Below, one piece after another: positions 8,916-18,843 of a DNA stretch of 30,930 nt (within the stretch, counting starts at the first letter, position 1; the number at the start of each line of letters is the position of its first letter). The notes below the pieces were generated by a model. That model ran no database searches and was not told the DNA's origin. It saw only the letters and a program-made list of their open reading frames with translations. Position numbers and translations under genes: made by a program. The stretch comes from Coleofasciculus sp. B1-GNL1-01 (GTDB lineage: Bacteria > Cyanobacteriota > Cyanobacteriia > Cyanobacteriales > Coleofasciculaceae): NCBI GenBank assembly GCA_040220235.1, contig JAVJTO010000170.1; one strand, 5' to 3'.

Positions 8916-9935
8916 GTGCGTATAGGTTCATTACTGGGATTATTCTTATTTATCCTCTCCGTTTACATTTTGTGGAAAATTAAAACGGTTATTTTGCTCG
9001 GCTTTGCTGCCGTAGTTTTTGCCACTACACTTAACCGTCTGGTGCGATTTCTGCTGCGCTTTCGGCTCAAACGAGCTTTCGCTATCATTATATCTGTGGG
9101 GTTTTGTCTAGGATTACTGGTTGGTTTTTTTGTCCTGGTTGTTCCCCCCTTTGTTAATCAAGTTCAGCAATTGATTGATTTAGTTCCGATTGGATTACAA
9201 CAAATTCCTGAATGGGCAAACTGGGTGAGAAATTTGGTTCCCGATGGACTTTTAGATGATATTGGCGGTTTGAAGGTTTTTACTCAAAATTTGCGCTCAT
9301 GGGCAACCAAACTCTTTGGCAACTTTTTTGATATATTCTACAGCTCAATTGGTGTAGTTTTGAACATGTTGTTAGTTGTGGTTGTAACTATTATGTTACT
9401 TGCCAATCCTGAACCCTACCGCCAAGGTTTTATCCTCCTATTTCCTGCCTTTTATCGCCGCCGAATTCAGGAGATTCTGGATGAATGTGAAGATACTCTG
9501 GGCGGTTGGGCAGTCGGTATTCTCTTTAACATGACGGTAATTGCTATATTGAGTGGGCTTGGGTTATGGATTTTGCAGGTGCAACTGCCCCTAGCGAATG
9601 GTTTGTTAGCGGGTATATTTACATTTATCCCAAATTTGGGTCCGACTTTAAGTGTAATTCCTCCCGTGGCATTGGCTTTACTTGATTCGCCTTGGAAAGC
9701 TCTAGCGGTGGTGATTTTGTATATAGTAATTCAGCAAATTGAAAGTAATATTTTAACTCCGCTGGTTATGCAAAAACAGGTGTCTTTGCTGCCAGCGGTT
9801 ACGTTGTTGTCTCAGATGGCTTTTGCTATATTTTTTGGTATCTTTGGTTTGTTTCTGGCGCTTCCTATTGTTGTCGTGGCTCAGGTTTGCTTAAAAGAAG
9901 TTTTGGTCAAGGATATCCTAAACAAATGGGAATAG
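8916..9935 (+). CDS. AI-2E family transporter
   Basis: Multi-TM protein with FIPNLGP and QQIESNILTPLVM motifs; GTG at 8916 preceded by GGAGG. Confidence 0.9.
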   Translation: MRIGSLLGLFLFILSVYILWKIKTVILLGFAAVVFATTLNRLVRFLLRFRLKRAFAIIISVGFCLGLLVGFFVLVVPPFVNQVQQLIDLVPIGLQQIPEWANWVRNLVPDGLLDDIGGLKVFTQNLRSWATKLFGNFFDIFYSSIGVVLNMLLVVVVTIMLLANPEPYRQGFILLFPAFYRRRIQEILDECEDTLGGWAVGILFNMTVIAILSGLGLWILQVQLPLANGLLAGIFTFIPNLGPTLSVIPPVALALLDSPWKALAVVILYIVIQQIESNILTPLVMQKQVSLLPAVTLLSQMAFAIFFGIFGLFLALPIVVVAQVCLKEVLVKDILNKWE

Positions 9936-9937
9936 TT

Positions 9938-10065
9938 TAAGCTGTAATGCATTTAAATTGGGTATTAGTAGCGAGCAAGATGCAAAGCCTGCGGCATGGC
10001 TTCGCTAAACGCACTACAAGGATTGCGCCATTATTGATATTAAGGTTTAAATGCCGAACAGCTTA
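9938..10065. mobile_element. MITE-like element with a nested very small repeat
   Basis: TIR TAAGCTGT..GCATTTAAA / TTTAAATGC..ACAGCTTA; nested AGCCTGCGGCATGGCTTCGCT at about 9986-10006. Confidence 0.7.
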
Positions 10066-10084
10066 TTAAAAAAGCATTTTTCAG

Positions 10085-10163
10085 GGGGCGTTGAACGAAG
10101 TGAAACCCAACAGATTTGGATCAAGTTTTTGTTTGTTGGGTCTCGTTCCTCGACCCAACCTAC
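10085..10163. repeat. REP pair of the GTAGGTTGGG...AACCCAAC type
   Basis: GAAACCCAACA...TGTTGGGTCTCGTTCCTCGACCCAACCTAC. Confidence 0.65.
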
Positions 10164-10173
10164 TTCTTTAAGT

Positions 10174-10704
10174 TTATTTAAGAACTGAAGGAATTGCTGC
10201 CATTATCTGTGATGTAATGAATTCCGGTGTATCACTGACACTAATTGGAATGTGAAGATCGGCTTCTGCATACATAAGACGCCGTTTATCAAGTAAATTT
10301 TGCAGGGCTGCTGTTGGATCAGTTGTTTGTAATAAGGGGCGTGTCGTATCATCTTGCAGACGCTGTATTAATAGGTCTACAGGTGCATCTAACCAGACAA
10401 TTAAACCTTGGTGTAGATAACTCCAATTCATCTGTTTGATTACAATGCCACCACCTGTGGCAACAGTCAAGTTAGTATAAGCGGATACTTCTGACAAGAC
10501 TTGAGCTTCTAACTGGCGAAATTCTTCCTCTCCCCTGTCAGCAAAAATCTGATTAATGCTTTGTCCTGCTACTTGTTCAATCAGGACATCTGTGTCTACA
10601 AAACGATAGCCTAGTTCTTTTGCCAATCGTTGTCCTACGGTGGTTTTCCCGACACCCATCATGCCAATCAGGTAGACATTGATGCCTTTTAATAAATCGT
10701 TCAT
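10174..10704 (-). CDS. aroK: Shikimate kinase
   Basis: GMMGVGKTT P-loop, FVDTD, GEEEFRQLE, ATGGGIV, RPLL. Confidence 0.95.
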   Translation of the reverse strand: MNDLLKGINVYLIGMMGVGKTTVGQRLAKELGYRFVDTDVLIEQVAGQSINQIFADRGEEEFRQLEAQVLSEVSAYTNLTVATGGGIVIKQMNWSYLHQGLIVWLDAPVDLLIQRLQDDTTRPLLQTTDPTAALQNLLDKRRLMYAEADLHIPISVSDTPEFITSQIMAAIPSVLK

Positions 10705-10790
10705 CACCAAAGCGTTTCTCTCTCATCTCCTGGTTAAGACGAGTTACATTCTACCTGATTGAACACTATAAAATTTCGAGGTGCCTTCGG

Positions 10791-11204
10791 TTATTGTGCC
10801 AATTGGGGATAAAATTTACCCTGCTCAAGGATAGCCGCGATCGCTAATAAATCATCAACCTTGAGCGGTTTAGTGATATGGCTGTCAAACCCTGCGGCTA
10901 GGGCGAGTTGGCGATCTGGCTCAGTCGCTGCTACCGTCACCGCGATCGCGGCAACATGATACCCTCGTTTTGTCTCTAGGCTTCTGATTTGACGGATCAA
11001 CCAATAGCCATCTTCTCCCGGCAGAAGTAGCTCGCAGAGTAGAATATCCGGTTGAAAATCCTCAAATACCTCTAAAGCTTCCCTCGCGCCAGTAACAGTC
11101 AGAACATTGGCTTCTTCTTGCTCAAAAATGATGCTGAGTAATTCTCTGGAATCGGCATTTTGATCTACAACCAGAATCCGCCTATTTTTGAAATTATGGT
11201 TCAT
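10791..11204 (-). CDS. Single-domain response regulator (receiver domain; phospho-acceptor position appears to be Glu)
   Basis: ILVVD, PDILLCEL.LP..DGY, GFDSHITKP. Confidence 0.85.
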   Translation of the reverse strand: MNHNFKNRRILVVDQNADSRELLSIIFEQEEANVLTVTGAREALEVFEDFQPDILLCELLLPGEDGYWLIRQIRSLETKRGYHVAAIAVTVAATEPDRQLALAAGFDSHITKPLKVDDLLAIAAILEQGKFYPQLAQ

Positions 11205-11337
11205 TGGTGTTGTCTAGCTTTTGTTGATTCAACCGCGATCGCCTACGCTGGCACAGATTGAGTTAGACCTTTTGCCATTCCATTCAAGGATTACACAATG
11301 AATAGTATTCGTCGGTACGGTAGCGTACAGAGGTAGG

Positions 11338-11430
11338 GCTGGGGGAGCAGGGGAAGCAGGGGGAGCTGGGGGAGCTGGGGGAGCTGGGGGAGCATGGGGA
11401 GCAGGGGGAGCTGGGGGAGCTGGGGAAGCT
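11338..11430. repeat. 9-bp tandem repeat GC(T/A)GGGG(G/A)A, about 10 copies
   Basis: Read directly from the sequence; same family at about 16040-16076. Confidence 0.9.
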
Positions 11431-11455
11431 GAGACGTTCCGATGAAACATCTTTT

Positions 11456-11574
11456 GTAGGGGCGGGTTTTACCACTAACGTTTCGTTTTCACCCTGATAT
11501 AACTAAACCCGCCCTGCCCTAACCTTTCAATTATCACACATGACAAATGACAAATGACAAATGACGAATGACAA
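11456..11574. repeat. GTAGGGGCGGGTTT...AAACCCGCCC REP followed by a TGACAAA heptamer tract
   Basis: Inverted repeat 11456-11515; TGAC(A/G)AA x5 at 11541-11574. Confidence 0.75.
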
Positions 11575-12300
11575 TCACCGATCGCCCTGTTTCGGATAAA
11601 GTAAGCGATCGCACTCGTGTTTGACGACGCTGTAACATTCACACGCTATAGTTTCCAACAGTTCCCGATTGAGAATGGTAATCATCCCTCGGTGATGGCG
11701 AATTGCACCTGCCTCCTGAAGCTTACCCGCTGCCACTGTCACCGTCGCACGACGGGTTCCCAGCATATTGCCCAGAAATTCTTGAGTGAGTCGCAACTCA
11801 GAGCCAGAAATACTATCCTGAGCCGAGAGTAACCAACGAGCCAGCCTTTGTTCTAGCCGATGCTGGCGATTGCAAGCCGCCGTTTGACTCACCTGATTCA
11901 AGAGGGTTTGGGTGTAGCACAGGAGCAATCGTTGCAATCTATCCCCTCGCTCAAACTCGCTTTTGAGAATCGAGGCATCCATTTTCATCGCTGTGCCTTC
12001 GAGTTGCACAACGGCTTGGTTGATTGCCATCCCATCTCCCAGAAATACAGGAATACCAACCATCCCCTCCTTTCCTACCATGCCGACTTCCGTTGTTGAA
12101 CCATTTGCCAAGAGGGTGACTAACGAAACCATTGCCCGATTCGGGAAATAGATATGGAGAATTGGTTCTCCAGGTTGATAAAGAATTTGTCCTAATATCA
12201 GAGAGACTTCTTCGAGGTGGGGAACGAGGCGTTGGTAGTCCTGATTGGGTAACGCCGTCAGTAATTGATTAATGACAGAGTTGCTATTTGAAGACGGCAT
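11575..12300 (-). CDS. Crp/Fnr family transcriptional regulator
   Basis: NQLLTALP, EVGMVGKEG, QTAACNRQH..EQRLARWLL, HTH LTQEFLGNMLGTRRATVT. ATG at 12300 preferred over GTG at 12330. Confidence 0.92.
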   Translation of the reverse strand: MPSSNSNSVINQLLTALPNQDYQRLVPHLEEVSLILGQILYQPGEPILHIYFPNRAMVSLVTLLANGSTTEVGMVGKEGMVGIPVFLGDGMAINQAVVQLEGTAMKMDASILKSEFERGDRLQRLLLCYTQTLLNQVSQTAACNRQHRLEQRLARWLLSAQDSISGSELRLTQEFLGNMLGTRRATVTVAAGKLQEAGAIRHHRGMITILNRELLETIACECYSVVKHECDRLLYPKQGDR

Positions 12301-12553
12301 TTTGTCGATTATTTTTAAGTAATTTATCACAGGTATATCAATATTTATACCATGATACCTACATGATCAATTATTATTTAACATCCCTTAATTAATCTGA
12401 GTCCAGCTTTGAATAACCAGGAGGACAACTTGGATCTTGCGTTTCATCCACGGGCAAAATTGCTTGGGAAGGTGGGACGGTAGTTGGGCGATCGCTTTCA
12501 CAAAACTTAGCAGATACGAACTCTTCATTTTTATCTTCATATTTACCCACCCA

Positions 12554-12690
12554 TAAGTAGGTTGGTGGAAATAAACTCAACCTTATGAAGTTATGTTAAC
12601 AAGCCTCAAACCCTCACAAATGGCGTAGCTTGCTTCTCAAGGGAGCGAGTATGACGAATGACGCTCTTTACAGTTTACCTTCCAATTTCC
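12554..12690. mobile_element. Degenerate TAAGTAGGT-family MITE with nested small repeat
   Basis: TAAGTAGGTTGGTGGAAATAAA left end, AAGCCTCAAACCCT(C)ACAAATG core as in 3629-3751, insert GGCGTAGCTTGCTTCTC...GAGTA. Confidence 0.55.
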
Positions 12691-12709
12691 GCGATTCAGG
12701 AGCCTCTAT

Positions 12710-13447
12710 TTATTCAGATAACTTTTCATGCAAAGATGATAAGTTTTCCATGAGTCTGAAAACTGATGCCTTTGTTTCTTCATCTAAAGAATTGGCATCA
12801 TCTAATAGTTTTTGATGCTCGGTTGGATAGATGGTCGCTATAGCTTTACCAATTATTAAGTCCTGGTTGACAAATCCCCAATAATGACTGTCATAAGAGT
12901 TGTTGCGATTATCTCCGAGGACTAGATAATGATTGTCAGGAACCACAACAGGTCCATATTGATACTCTGGGGCTTCTTCGATATACTCTTCTAACAAGGG
13001 TTGACCATTAATATAAACTAAACCGTCTTTCACGGCTACGGTTTCTCCAGGTAAACCAATCAAGCGATGAAGAAAAGGATCGGTAAAATTTTGTTCCCTA
13101 AGGGTTGGAGTTGGCTGGAATAAAATAATATCGCGGCGTTGAGGAGGCTGAGATGTATAAGCTGTTTTATCCACTAAAATGTGAACATTAATTGGCAAAG
13201 TTGGCTCCATTGAACCACTTGCCATATAGCGGGTTTCGAGTACTTCAGGACATCTCGATAAAGATAAGGGAAGAGTCTCCAGTTCTCTTGTAGATAACAA
13301 TCCTGTCAAGGTTGATACGAATAAGTTGATACATTCGCTTTTAGTGGGTAATGGCTCAGGAGAATCAGCCAAGGATGGTAAAGCATTCGTCCAGAATAAG
13401 CCCAATCCTAAAAAAGCCGCTGCGATACTATTTTTAATGTCTGACAT
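12710..13447 (-). CDS. Signal peptidase I (S26) homolog, atypical
   Basis: Box B SGSMEPTL, box C RRDIILF, box D FLHRLIGLPG (His at the catalytic Lys position), box E GDNRNNSYDSHYWG. Confidence 0.88.
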   Translation of the reverse strand: MSDIKNSIAAAFLGLGLFWTNALPSLADSPEPLPTKSECINLFVSTLTGLLSTRELETLPLSLSRCPEVLETRYMASGSMEPTLPINVHILVDKTAYTSQPPQRRDIILFQPTPTLREQNFTDPFLHRLIGLPGETVAVKDGLVYINGQPLLEEYIEEAPEYQYGPVVVPDNHYLVLGDNRNNSYDSHYWGFVNQDLIIGKAIATIYPTEHQKLLDDANSLDEETKASVFRLMENLSSLHEKLSE

Positions 13448-13510
13448 AATGGATAATAATGAACGATTTGAACTGAACGGGCTAATCAACACATCTACGT
13501 TATCAGTGCA

Positions 13511-16009
13511 ATGCCTTTACTTGACGCCTACAGCGACTTTGAGCAACAACTGACACACCTGCCGCTCATTTTGGCAGGTCCCATCTTGCGGCGTACTGAT
13601 CCCGATGGCGTCACGGTTTGGCTGGCACTGAAAGCGCCGAGTGTGGTCACGCTTCGAGTGTATACCACGATCGCAGGTCAGGGGAAAAGCCTTGATCTGG
13701 AACGGCTGGCTGGATCACGCGCCACTGTGCCAGTGGGCAAATACCTGCATATTGTCGCGGTAACGGCTAAACCTGTTGATGGATACTTACTGGAACCGGG
13801 ACAAATTTATGCCTACGATTTGGAGTTTAGCGATCGCAATCAAACCCTCAACGATGCCCTCAACGCCAGAGACGTTTTTCCCCTGATCACCATTAGCTAT
13901 TTAGACCACAATCTGCCCACATTTGCTATGCCGCCGGATGACTTAAATCATCTGCGGATCGTGCATGGTTCCTGTCGCAAAGCCCACGGAAACGGACAAG
14001 ATGCCCTACCCCTGCTAGATGGTTTAATCGAACAGTCAGCCGATCAACCTAATCATCGACCTCATCAACTCTTTTTAACGGGGGATCAAATTTACGCCGA
14101 TGATGTCGCTGATCCCCTGTTAGCCGCCCTCAGCGATATCGGGAATACGTTACTCGGTTGGGAGGAAGAATTGCCCTATAAAGGTGATTTTGTCAAGGGG
14201 TATTCCTGGAAAAAAGTGAGTGAATGGAAACCGGGACAGCGCACAGAAATTGCCCGAAATTATGCAGGCTTAACCGCGATGCTGGAGAATCAACCCGAAC
14301 GCGCTAAAAGCCATCTGTTTAGTCTGGGTGAATATTTGGCGATGTATCTGTTATCTTGGTCACCAATCCTGTGGGTGAATCATCTTACTAAAGGCAAGAC
14401 AAGGGGGAAAAAGTCGAAATCATGGGATAAGGAAGTTGATGCCATTCAGGACTTTTCCAGGTATTTGTGGCAAGTCAGGCGATCGCTGGCGAATGTGCCA
14501 ACCTATATGGTTTTTGATGACCACGATGTTAGCGATGATTGGTATTTGAATCGGGAGTGGTGTAACCGAGTTTTGGGCAAACCCCTAGGCAGACAGATCG
14601 TCCAAAATGGACTATTAGCTTATGCCCTATGTCAGGCGTGGGGAAATACACCAGAACAGTTTACCTCTGGGCAACCGGGAGAAAAATTCTTGCAAGCGTT
14701 GCAACAATGGTCAGAATCAGCCGGGACAGATGCATCCGCCTGGGAAACGATGGGGAAATGTTTGGGAGTGCCTGACATTGAAGCCGAAACAGGATTGCCG
14801 AAGTTGAAACAGGATGGAGCAGTTTTAATTCTGAATCGGAATAATTCAGATGGTACTCCAACTTTAACCTGGCACTATAGCGTTAGAAGTTTTAAGCACG
14901 AAGTTATCGTATTAGATACGCGGACGTGGCGCGGTTTTCCTATGGGAGAGGATCAAATGATCGCGCCGCCAATGCTATTATCCCCGACAGCTTTTGATCA
15001 GCAGATTGAAGATCCCCTAGAAGCAACCGATCAGCTAAAAGCGGCGGGTAAGTCGAGGATTGAAGCCACGTTAATTGTTTTACCAACCAACCTGATCCAT
15101 GCGTCGTTAGTGGATATTGCCCAACAGTGGCATTGGCATCAGGGTAAGGTATTTGGTACTGATGTGGGGGATTCGTGGAACTTTCATGATGTCGCCTTTA
15201 GTAAGCTATTAACTGCGCTATTTCAGCGACGCGATCGCATCGTGTTGCTGTCGGGGGATATTCACTATGGCTACGTGGTTCGCCTCAACTATTGGTCAAA
15301 TCCCCGTGGGAAACTCCAGAGACAAGAAGTCGGCTACGTCTGGGAAGCTGGAGAGAGGGACAATCATAACTCGGCATCGGTGCTAGTCCAGTTAACCTCC
15401 AGTTCTATCAAAAATGCTGAGTTCAAAACGTATTTAGTTCATACCAAAGTTAAATCACTAGCATTAGAACAATCGGAATATTGGGTGGGATGGCAACAAC
15501 CGCCGCAATTGGTGGAAATAATCGCAACTCCTGGTAAGGTAAGAATCCAGGATATGCCAGTTCCCAGTCAAGGACCCTTTTGGCAGCAAATCCATACGCC
15601 GAGTGGTGACTGGGACATCGCGTGGCAAGTCGCCCTCAAGGATGAGCGATCGCAACCCGACTGGCGGTATCGAACAGCATGGAGTAAACGCCAAAAAGCT
15701 GAACCCGTTCCTTGGCTGAAACGATATCCCCAACCAGAATTACAGCCGAAGTCACCTCTATGGCGAAAGCTTTTAGTCGGTTCCCTATCGTGGTTATGGC
15801 GCAATCGCTGGCTACAAGAGGGTGACGAAATTGTTGGCTGTAATAACATTAGCGTTGTCAGTTTCCAATGGTCATCCGATGAGAATAAAGCGGTGATTCA
15901 AGAGGTCTATTGGCATCCACCCTGGAAGCCGAATAGTGTAGTTAAGAGTCGGTATTTTGCGCCACTCCAGTTAGAGTCGCCACCCCCGTTACCTACCATT
16001 AACAGTTAA
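13511..16009 (+). CDS. PhoD-like metallophosphatase
   Basis: HGSCRK, GDQIYADD, FDDHDV, LDTRT, LSGDIH metal-binding motifs. Confidence 0.85.
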   Translation: MPLLDAYSDFEQQLTHLPLILAGPILRRTDPDGVTVWLALKAPSVVTLRVYTTIAGQGKSLDLERLAGSRATVPVGKYLHIVAVTAKPVDGYLLEPGQIYAYDLEFSDRNQTLNDALNARDVFPLITISYLDHNLPTFAMPPDDLNHLRIVHGSCRKAHGNGQDALPLLDGLIEQSADQPNHRPHQLFLTGDQIYADDVADPLLAALSDIGNTLLGWEEELPYKGDFVKGYSWKKVSEWKPGQRTEIARNYAGLTAMLENQPERAKSHLFSLGEYLAMYLLSWSPILWVNHLTKGKTRGKKSKSWDKEVDAIQDFSRYLWQVRRSLANVPTYMVFDDHDVSDDWYLNREWCNRVLGKPLGRQIVQNGLLAYALCQAWGNTPEQFTSGQPGEKFLQALQQWSESAGTDASAWETMGKCLGVPDIEAETGLPKLKQDGAVLILNRNNSDGTPTLTWHYSVRSFKHEVIVLDTRTWRGFPMGEDQMIAPPMLLSPTAFDQQIEDPLEATDQLKAAGKSRIEATLIVLPTNLIHASLVDIAQQWHWHQGKVFGTDVGDSWNFHDVAFSKLLTALFQRRDRIVLLSGDIHYGYVVRLNYWSNPRGKLQRQEVGYVWEAGERDNHNSASVLVQLTSSSIKNAEFKTYLVHTKVKSLALEQSEYWVGWQQPPQLVEIIATPGKVRIQDMPVPSQGPFWQQIHTPSGDWDIAWQVALKDERSQPDWRYRTAWSKRQKAEPVPWLKRYPQPELQPKSPLWRKLLVGSLSWLWRNRWLQEGDEIVGCNNISVVSFQWSSDENKAVIQEVYWHPPWKPNSVVKSRYFAPLQLESPPPLPTINS

Positions 16010-16146
16010 GGCAGAAGGCACAAGGGAGAGGAAGGGGACGCTGGGGAAGCAGGGGGAGCAGGGGGAGCAGGGGGAGATAGGGGAGGTTAACTCAAAACTC
16101 TACTTTACCTATTGCCCATTGCCTATTGCCTATTGCCTATTGCCTA
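16010..16146. repeat. GCAGGGGGA 9-mers and CCTATTG heptamer tract
   Basis: Read directly: GCAGGGGGA x3, CC(T/C)ATTG x5. Confidence 0.8.
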
Positions 16147-16191
16147 GCGCTATATTTCCGAGAACATCTTTACCTGCACTCCCCGCAAACG

Positions 16192-16233
16192 GTAATATTC
16201 ACTACAGTTCTAGATCCAATTTAGACCAATCTT
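16192..16233 (+). promoter_or_regulatory. Candidate NtcA-activated promoter
   Basis: GTA-ATATTCAC-TAC (16192-16205) is an exact GTA-N8-TAC; imperfect -10-like CAATCT 21 nt downstream; RBS AGGAGGAGG at 16256-16264. Confidence 0.6.
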
Positions 16234-16276
16234 GGAATACGTAGGGTGTACATCAAGGAGGAGGGGTGTAGTAAAC

Positions 16277-17722
16277 GTGGCAGTACAATGGGATCTCTAC
16301 AATCCAGAAGACTTCTATGATGAGCTGTTTTCAGCCCAAGGGCAGCCACGACAGTCAGCCGCTGCCCTGATTCAATGGATGCAGGGACTGCGCCCTGATG
16401 AACTCCAGCGACACCGGGAAACGGCTCAAGTTGCTCTGCTTAAGTTAGGCGTAACCTTTAGCGTCTACAGTGATAATCAGGGCATCGAACGGGTATTTCC
16501 TTTTGATATTATTCCCCGAATTATCTCGGCTCAGGAATGGAAAACCCTAGAGGGTGGACTCAAACAACGGATTAGAGCGCTGAACCTCTTCCTCAACGAT
16601 ATGTATGGGGAACAGCGTATTCTCAACGATGGCAAAATTCCCCCCGAAGTTGTGTTTTCGGCAACGGGATTTCTCAAGCCTTGCGTCGGCTTAAAGCCGC
16701 CCAGCGATGTCTGGTGTCACATTACCGGAACCGATTTGGTGCGCGATCGCGAGGGTCAGTGGTATGTTCTAGAAGATAACCTGCGTGTACCTTCGGGCAT
16801 CTCCTACGTATTGGAAAATCGGCGGGTGATGAAAAGTACATTCCCGGCAATCTTCCAAACTCTGGCAATTCAACCCGTGGACGATTATCCCAGCCATTTG
16901 CTAGAAACGCTGCTCAATTTAGCACCACCTCAACTCCCTGATCCCACGGTTGTTGTCCTAACTCCCGGTATTTACAACTCCGCCTACTTTGAACATTCCT
17001 TTTTAGCCCAGCAAATGGGGGTGGAACTGGTTGAAGGTCGGGATTTAGTCGTCGTGGATGGCTATTTGCAAATGCGAACGACGAAAGGATTGCGGCGAGT
17101 GGATGTGGTGTATCGTCGTGTGGATGATGACTTTTTAGATCCCCAAGTCTTTCGTCCGGATTCCCTCTTAGGTGTACCCGGATTGATGGAGGTTTATCGC
17201 CAAGGGCGAGTCGCCTTAGCCAATGCACCCGGAACAGGTGTAGCCGATGATAAGGTTGTCTACGCTTATGTCCCCGAAATGATTCGCTATTACCTGGGAG
17301 AAGAACCAATCTTATCCAATGTTCCCACCTATTTATGTTGGCAAGAACAAGACCGAAACTATGTCTTGAATAATTTAGAAAACGTCGTGGTTAAGTCTGC
17401 CAATGAGTCGGGGGGGTATGGTATGTTAGTGGGTTCGAGTTCCACGGAGGTAGAACGGGCGGAGTTTGCTGAACGAATTAAAGCTAATCCTCGCAATTAT
17501 ATTGCCCAACCCATCCTTTGTTTGTCGCGAGTGCCAACCTTGATTGATCATCAGGTAGAAGGACGACATGTCGATTTGCGCCCTTACATTTTGCATCGGG
17601 GAGACGACATTTATGTTCATCCCGGTGGATTAACCCGTGTGGCGTTGAGAAAAGGTTCTCTGGTGGTAAATTCATCCCAAGGGGGCGGAAGTAAGGATAC
17701 GTGGGTTCTGAATCACTCATGA
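16277..17722 (+). CDS. Circularly permuted type 2 ATP-grasp protein
   Basis: [66 protein letters not shown] at 16277 after a strong RBS. Confidence 0.93.
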   Translation: MAVQWDLYNPEDFYDELFSAQGQPRQSAAALIQWMQGLRPDELQRHRETAQVALLKLGVTFSVYSDNQGIERVFPFDIIPRIISAQEWKTLEGGLKQRIRALNLFLNDMYGEQRILNDGKIPPEVVFSATGFLKPCVGLKPPSDVWCHITGTDLVRDREGQWYVLEDNLRVPSGISYVLENRRVMKSTFPAIFQTLAIQPVDDYPSHLLETLLNLAPPQLPDPTVVVLTPGIYNSAYFEHSFLAQQMGVELVEGRDLVVVDGYLQMRTTKGLRRVDVVYRRVDDDFLDPQVFRPDSLLGVPGLMEVYRQGRVALANAPGTGVADDKVVYAYVPEMIRYYLGEEPILSNVPTYLCWQEQDRNYVLNNLENVVVKSANESGGYGMLVGSSSTEVERAEFAERIKANPRNYIAQPILCLSRVPTLIDHQVEGRHVDLRPYILHRGDDIYVHPGGLTRVALRKGSLVVNSSQGGGSKDTWVLNHS

Positions 17723-17742
17723 ATTACACTGTTCCCAAGCTA

Positions 17743-17818
17743 GTCCTTTGTTAATAACTTCCTCAACACAACAAAGGACTAATGACAAATGACAAAGGAC
17801 GAATGACAAAGGACGAAT
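17743..17818. repeat. GACAAAG/TGACAAA heptamer repeat hairpin inside the operon
   Basis: GTCCTTTGT...ACAAAGGAC plus tandem heptamers. Confidence 0.65.
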
Positions 17819-17826
17819 AAATACTT

Positions 17827-18774
17827 ATGCTAAGTCGGGTTGCTGATTCTATCTACTGGCTCAATCGCTATATCGAACGGGCAGAAAATATTGCCCGATT
17901 TGTGGATGTTAACTTAAATTCCATGCTGGATATGCCACCCGGAGTAACCCAGCAATGGGAACCCTTGGTGATTACAACAGGGGATCGAGATGTATTCCAG
18001 GAACGCTATGGCGAGGCTACCTCGGACAATGTTATCCACTTCCTCACCTTTGACTCGAACTATCCCAATTCGATTCTATCTGTACTCCAACTTGCTCGCG
18101 AGAATGCCCGTTCGGTTCGGGAAGTGATATCTTCAGAAATGTGGGAAGAGGTTAATCAATTTTTCCTCATGGTGAAAGAGGCGTCTCAAGGAGGAGCATT
18201 GGGGACATTGCCTGATTTTTTCACCCAAGTTAAACTGGCTAGCCATCGCTTTGCTGGGGTTATGGATGCCACGATGACCCATAATGAAGGGTGGCATTTT
18301 GGGCAACTGGGTCGATTATTAGAACGGGCAGATAAAACAACCCGCATTCTCGATGTGAAGTATTTTGTGTTACTGCCATCGGTACAGTGGGTAGGAACGC
18401 CATTGGATCAAATTCAATGGATGGCGCTGCTGAAATCTGCTAGTGCTTATGAAATGTATCGCAAGTCTCAGCATCGGATTACACCCACAGGTGTCGCTGA
18501 GTTTCTAATTTTAAACCGCCAGTTTCCCCGCTCAATTCACTTCTGTCTAGCGCAAGCGGAACAATCATTACATCAAATTACTAGCACCCCCCGTGGAACC
18601 TGGTGCAACCCAGCAGAACGTGCGTTAGGGCGTTTGTGTTCTCAACTCGGATATCTGACCATAGAAGATGTGTTTGAGAATGGCTTGCATGAATTTTTAA
18701 ACCAAATGCAAATCGAAATTAATCAGGTAGGTAACCAAATCTCGAAAACATTTTGTGCGGTAGAACCTGTATAG
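17827..18774 (+). CDS. Alpha-E domain protein (DUF403)
   Basis: MLSRVADS.YW..RY.ERAEN.AR, ARENAR..RE.IS.EMWE, GRLLERADKT.R, FPRS. Confidence 0.93.
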   Translation: MLSRVADSIYWLNRYIERAENIARFVDVNLNSMLDMPPGVTQQWEPLVITTGDRDVFQERYGEATSDNVIHFLTFDSNYPNSILSVLQLARENARSVREVISSEMWEEVNQFFLMVKEASQGGALGTLPDFFTQVKLASHRFAGVMDATMTHNEGWHFGQLGRLLERADKTTRILDVKYFVLLPSVQWVGTPLDQIQWMALLKSASAYEMYRKSQHRITPTGVAEFLILNRQFPRSIHFCLAQAEQSLHQITSTPRGTWCNPAERALGRLCSQLGYLTIEDVFENGLHEFLNQMQIEINQVGNQISKTFCAVEPV

Positions 18775-18787
18775 TGAGCGAGGGAGA

Positions 18788-18816
18788 CATGTAGAGACGT
18801 GCCATGGCACGTCTAG
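18788..18816. repeat. REP palindrome
   Basis: AGACGTGCCATGGCACGTCT perfect palindrome preceded by TGTAG. Confidence 0.8.
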
Positions 18817-18843
18817 AGGAGCAGGGGAGATTAAATTAATATA

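Noticed and set aside
11229..11475. Pro/Ala- and Ser/Pro-rich ORFs
   Set aside because: They are translations of the 9-bp tandem repeat and REP, not credible proteins.
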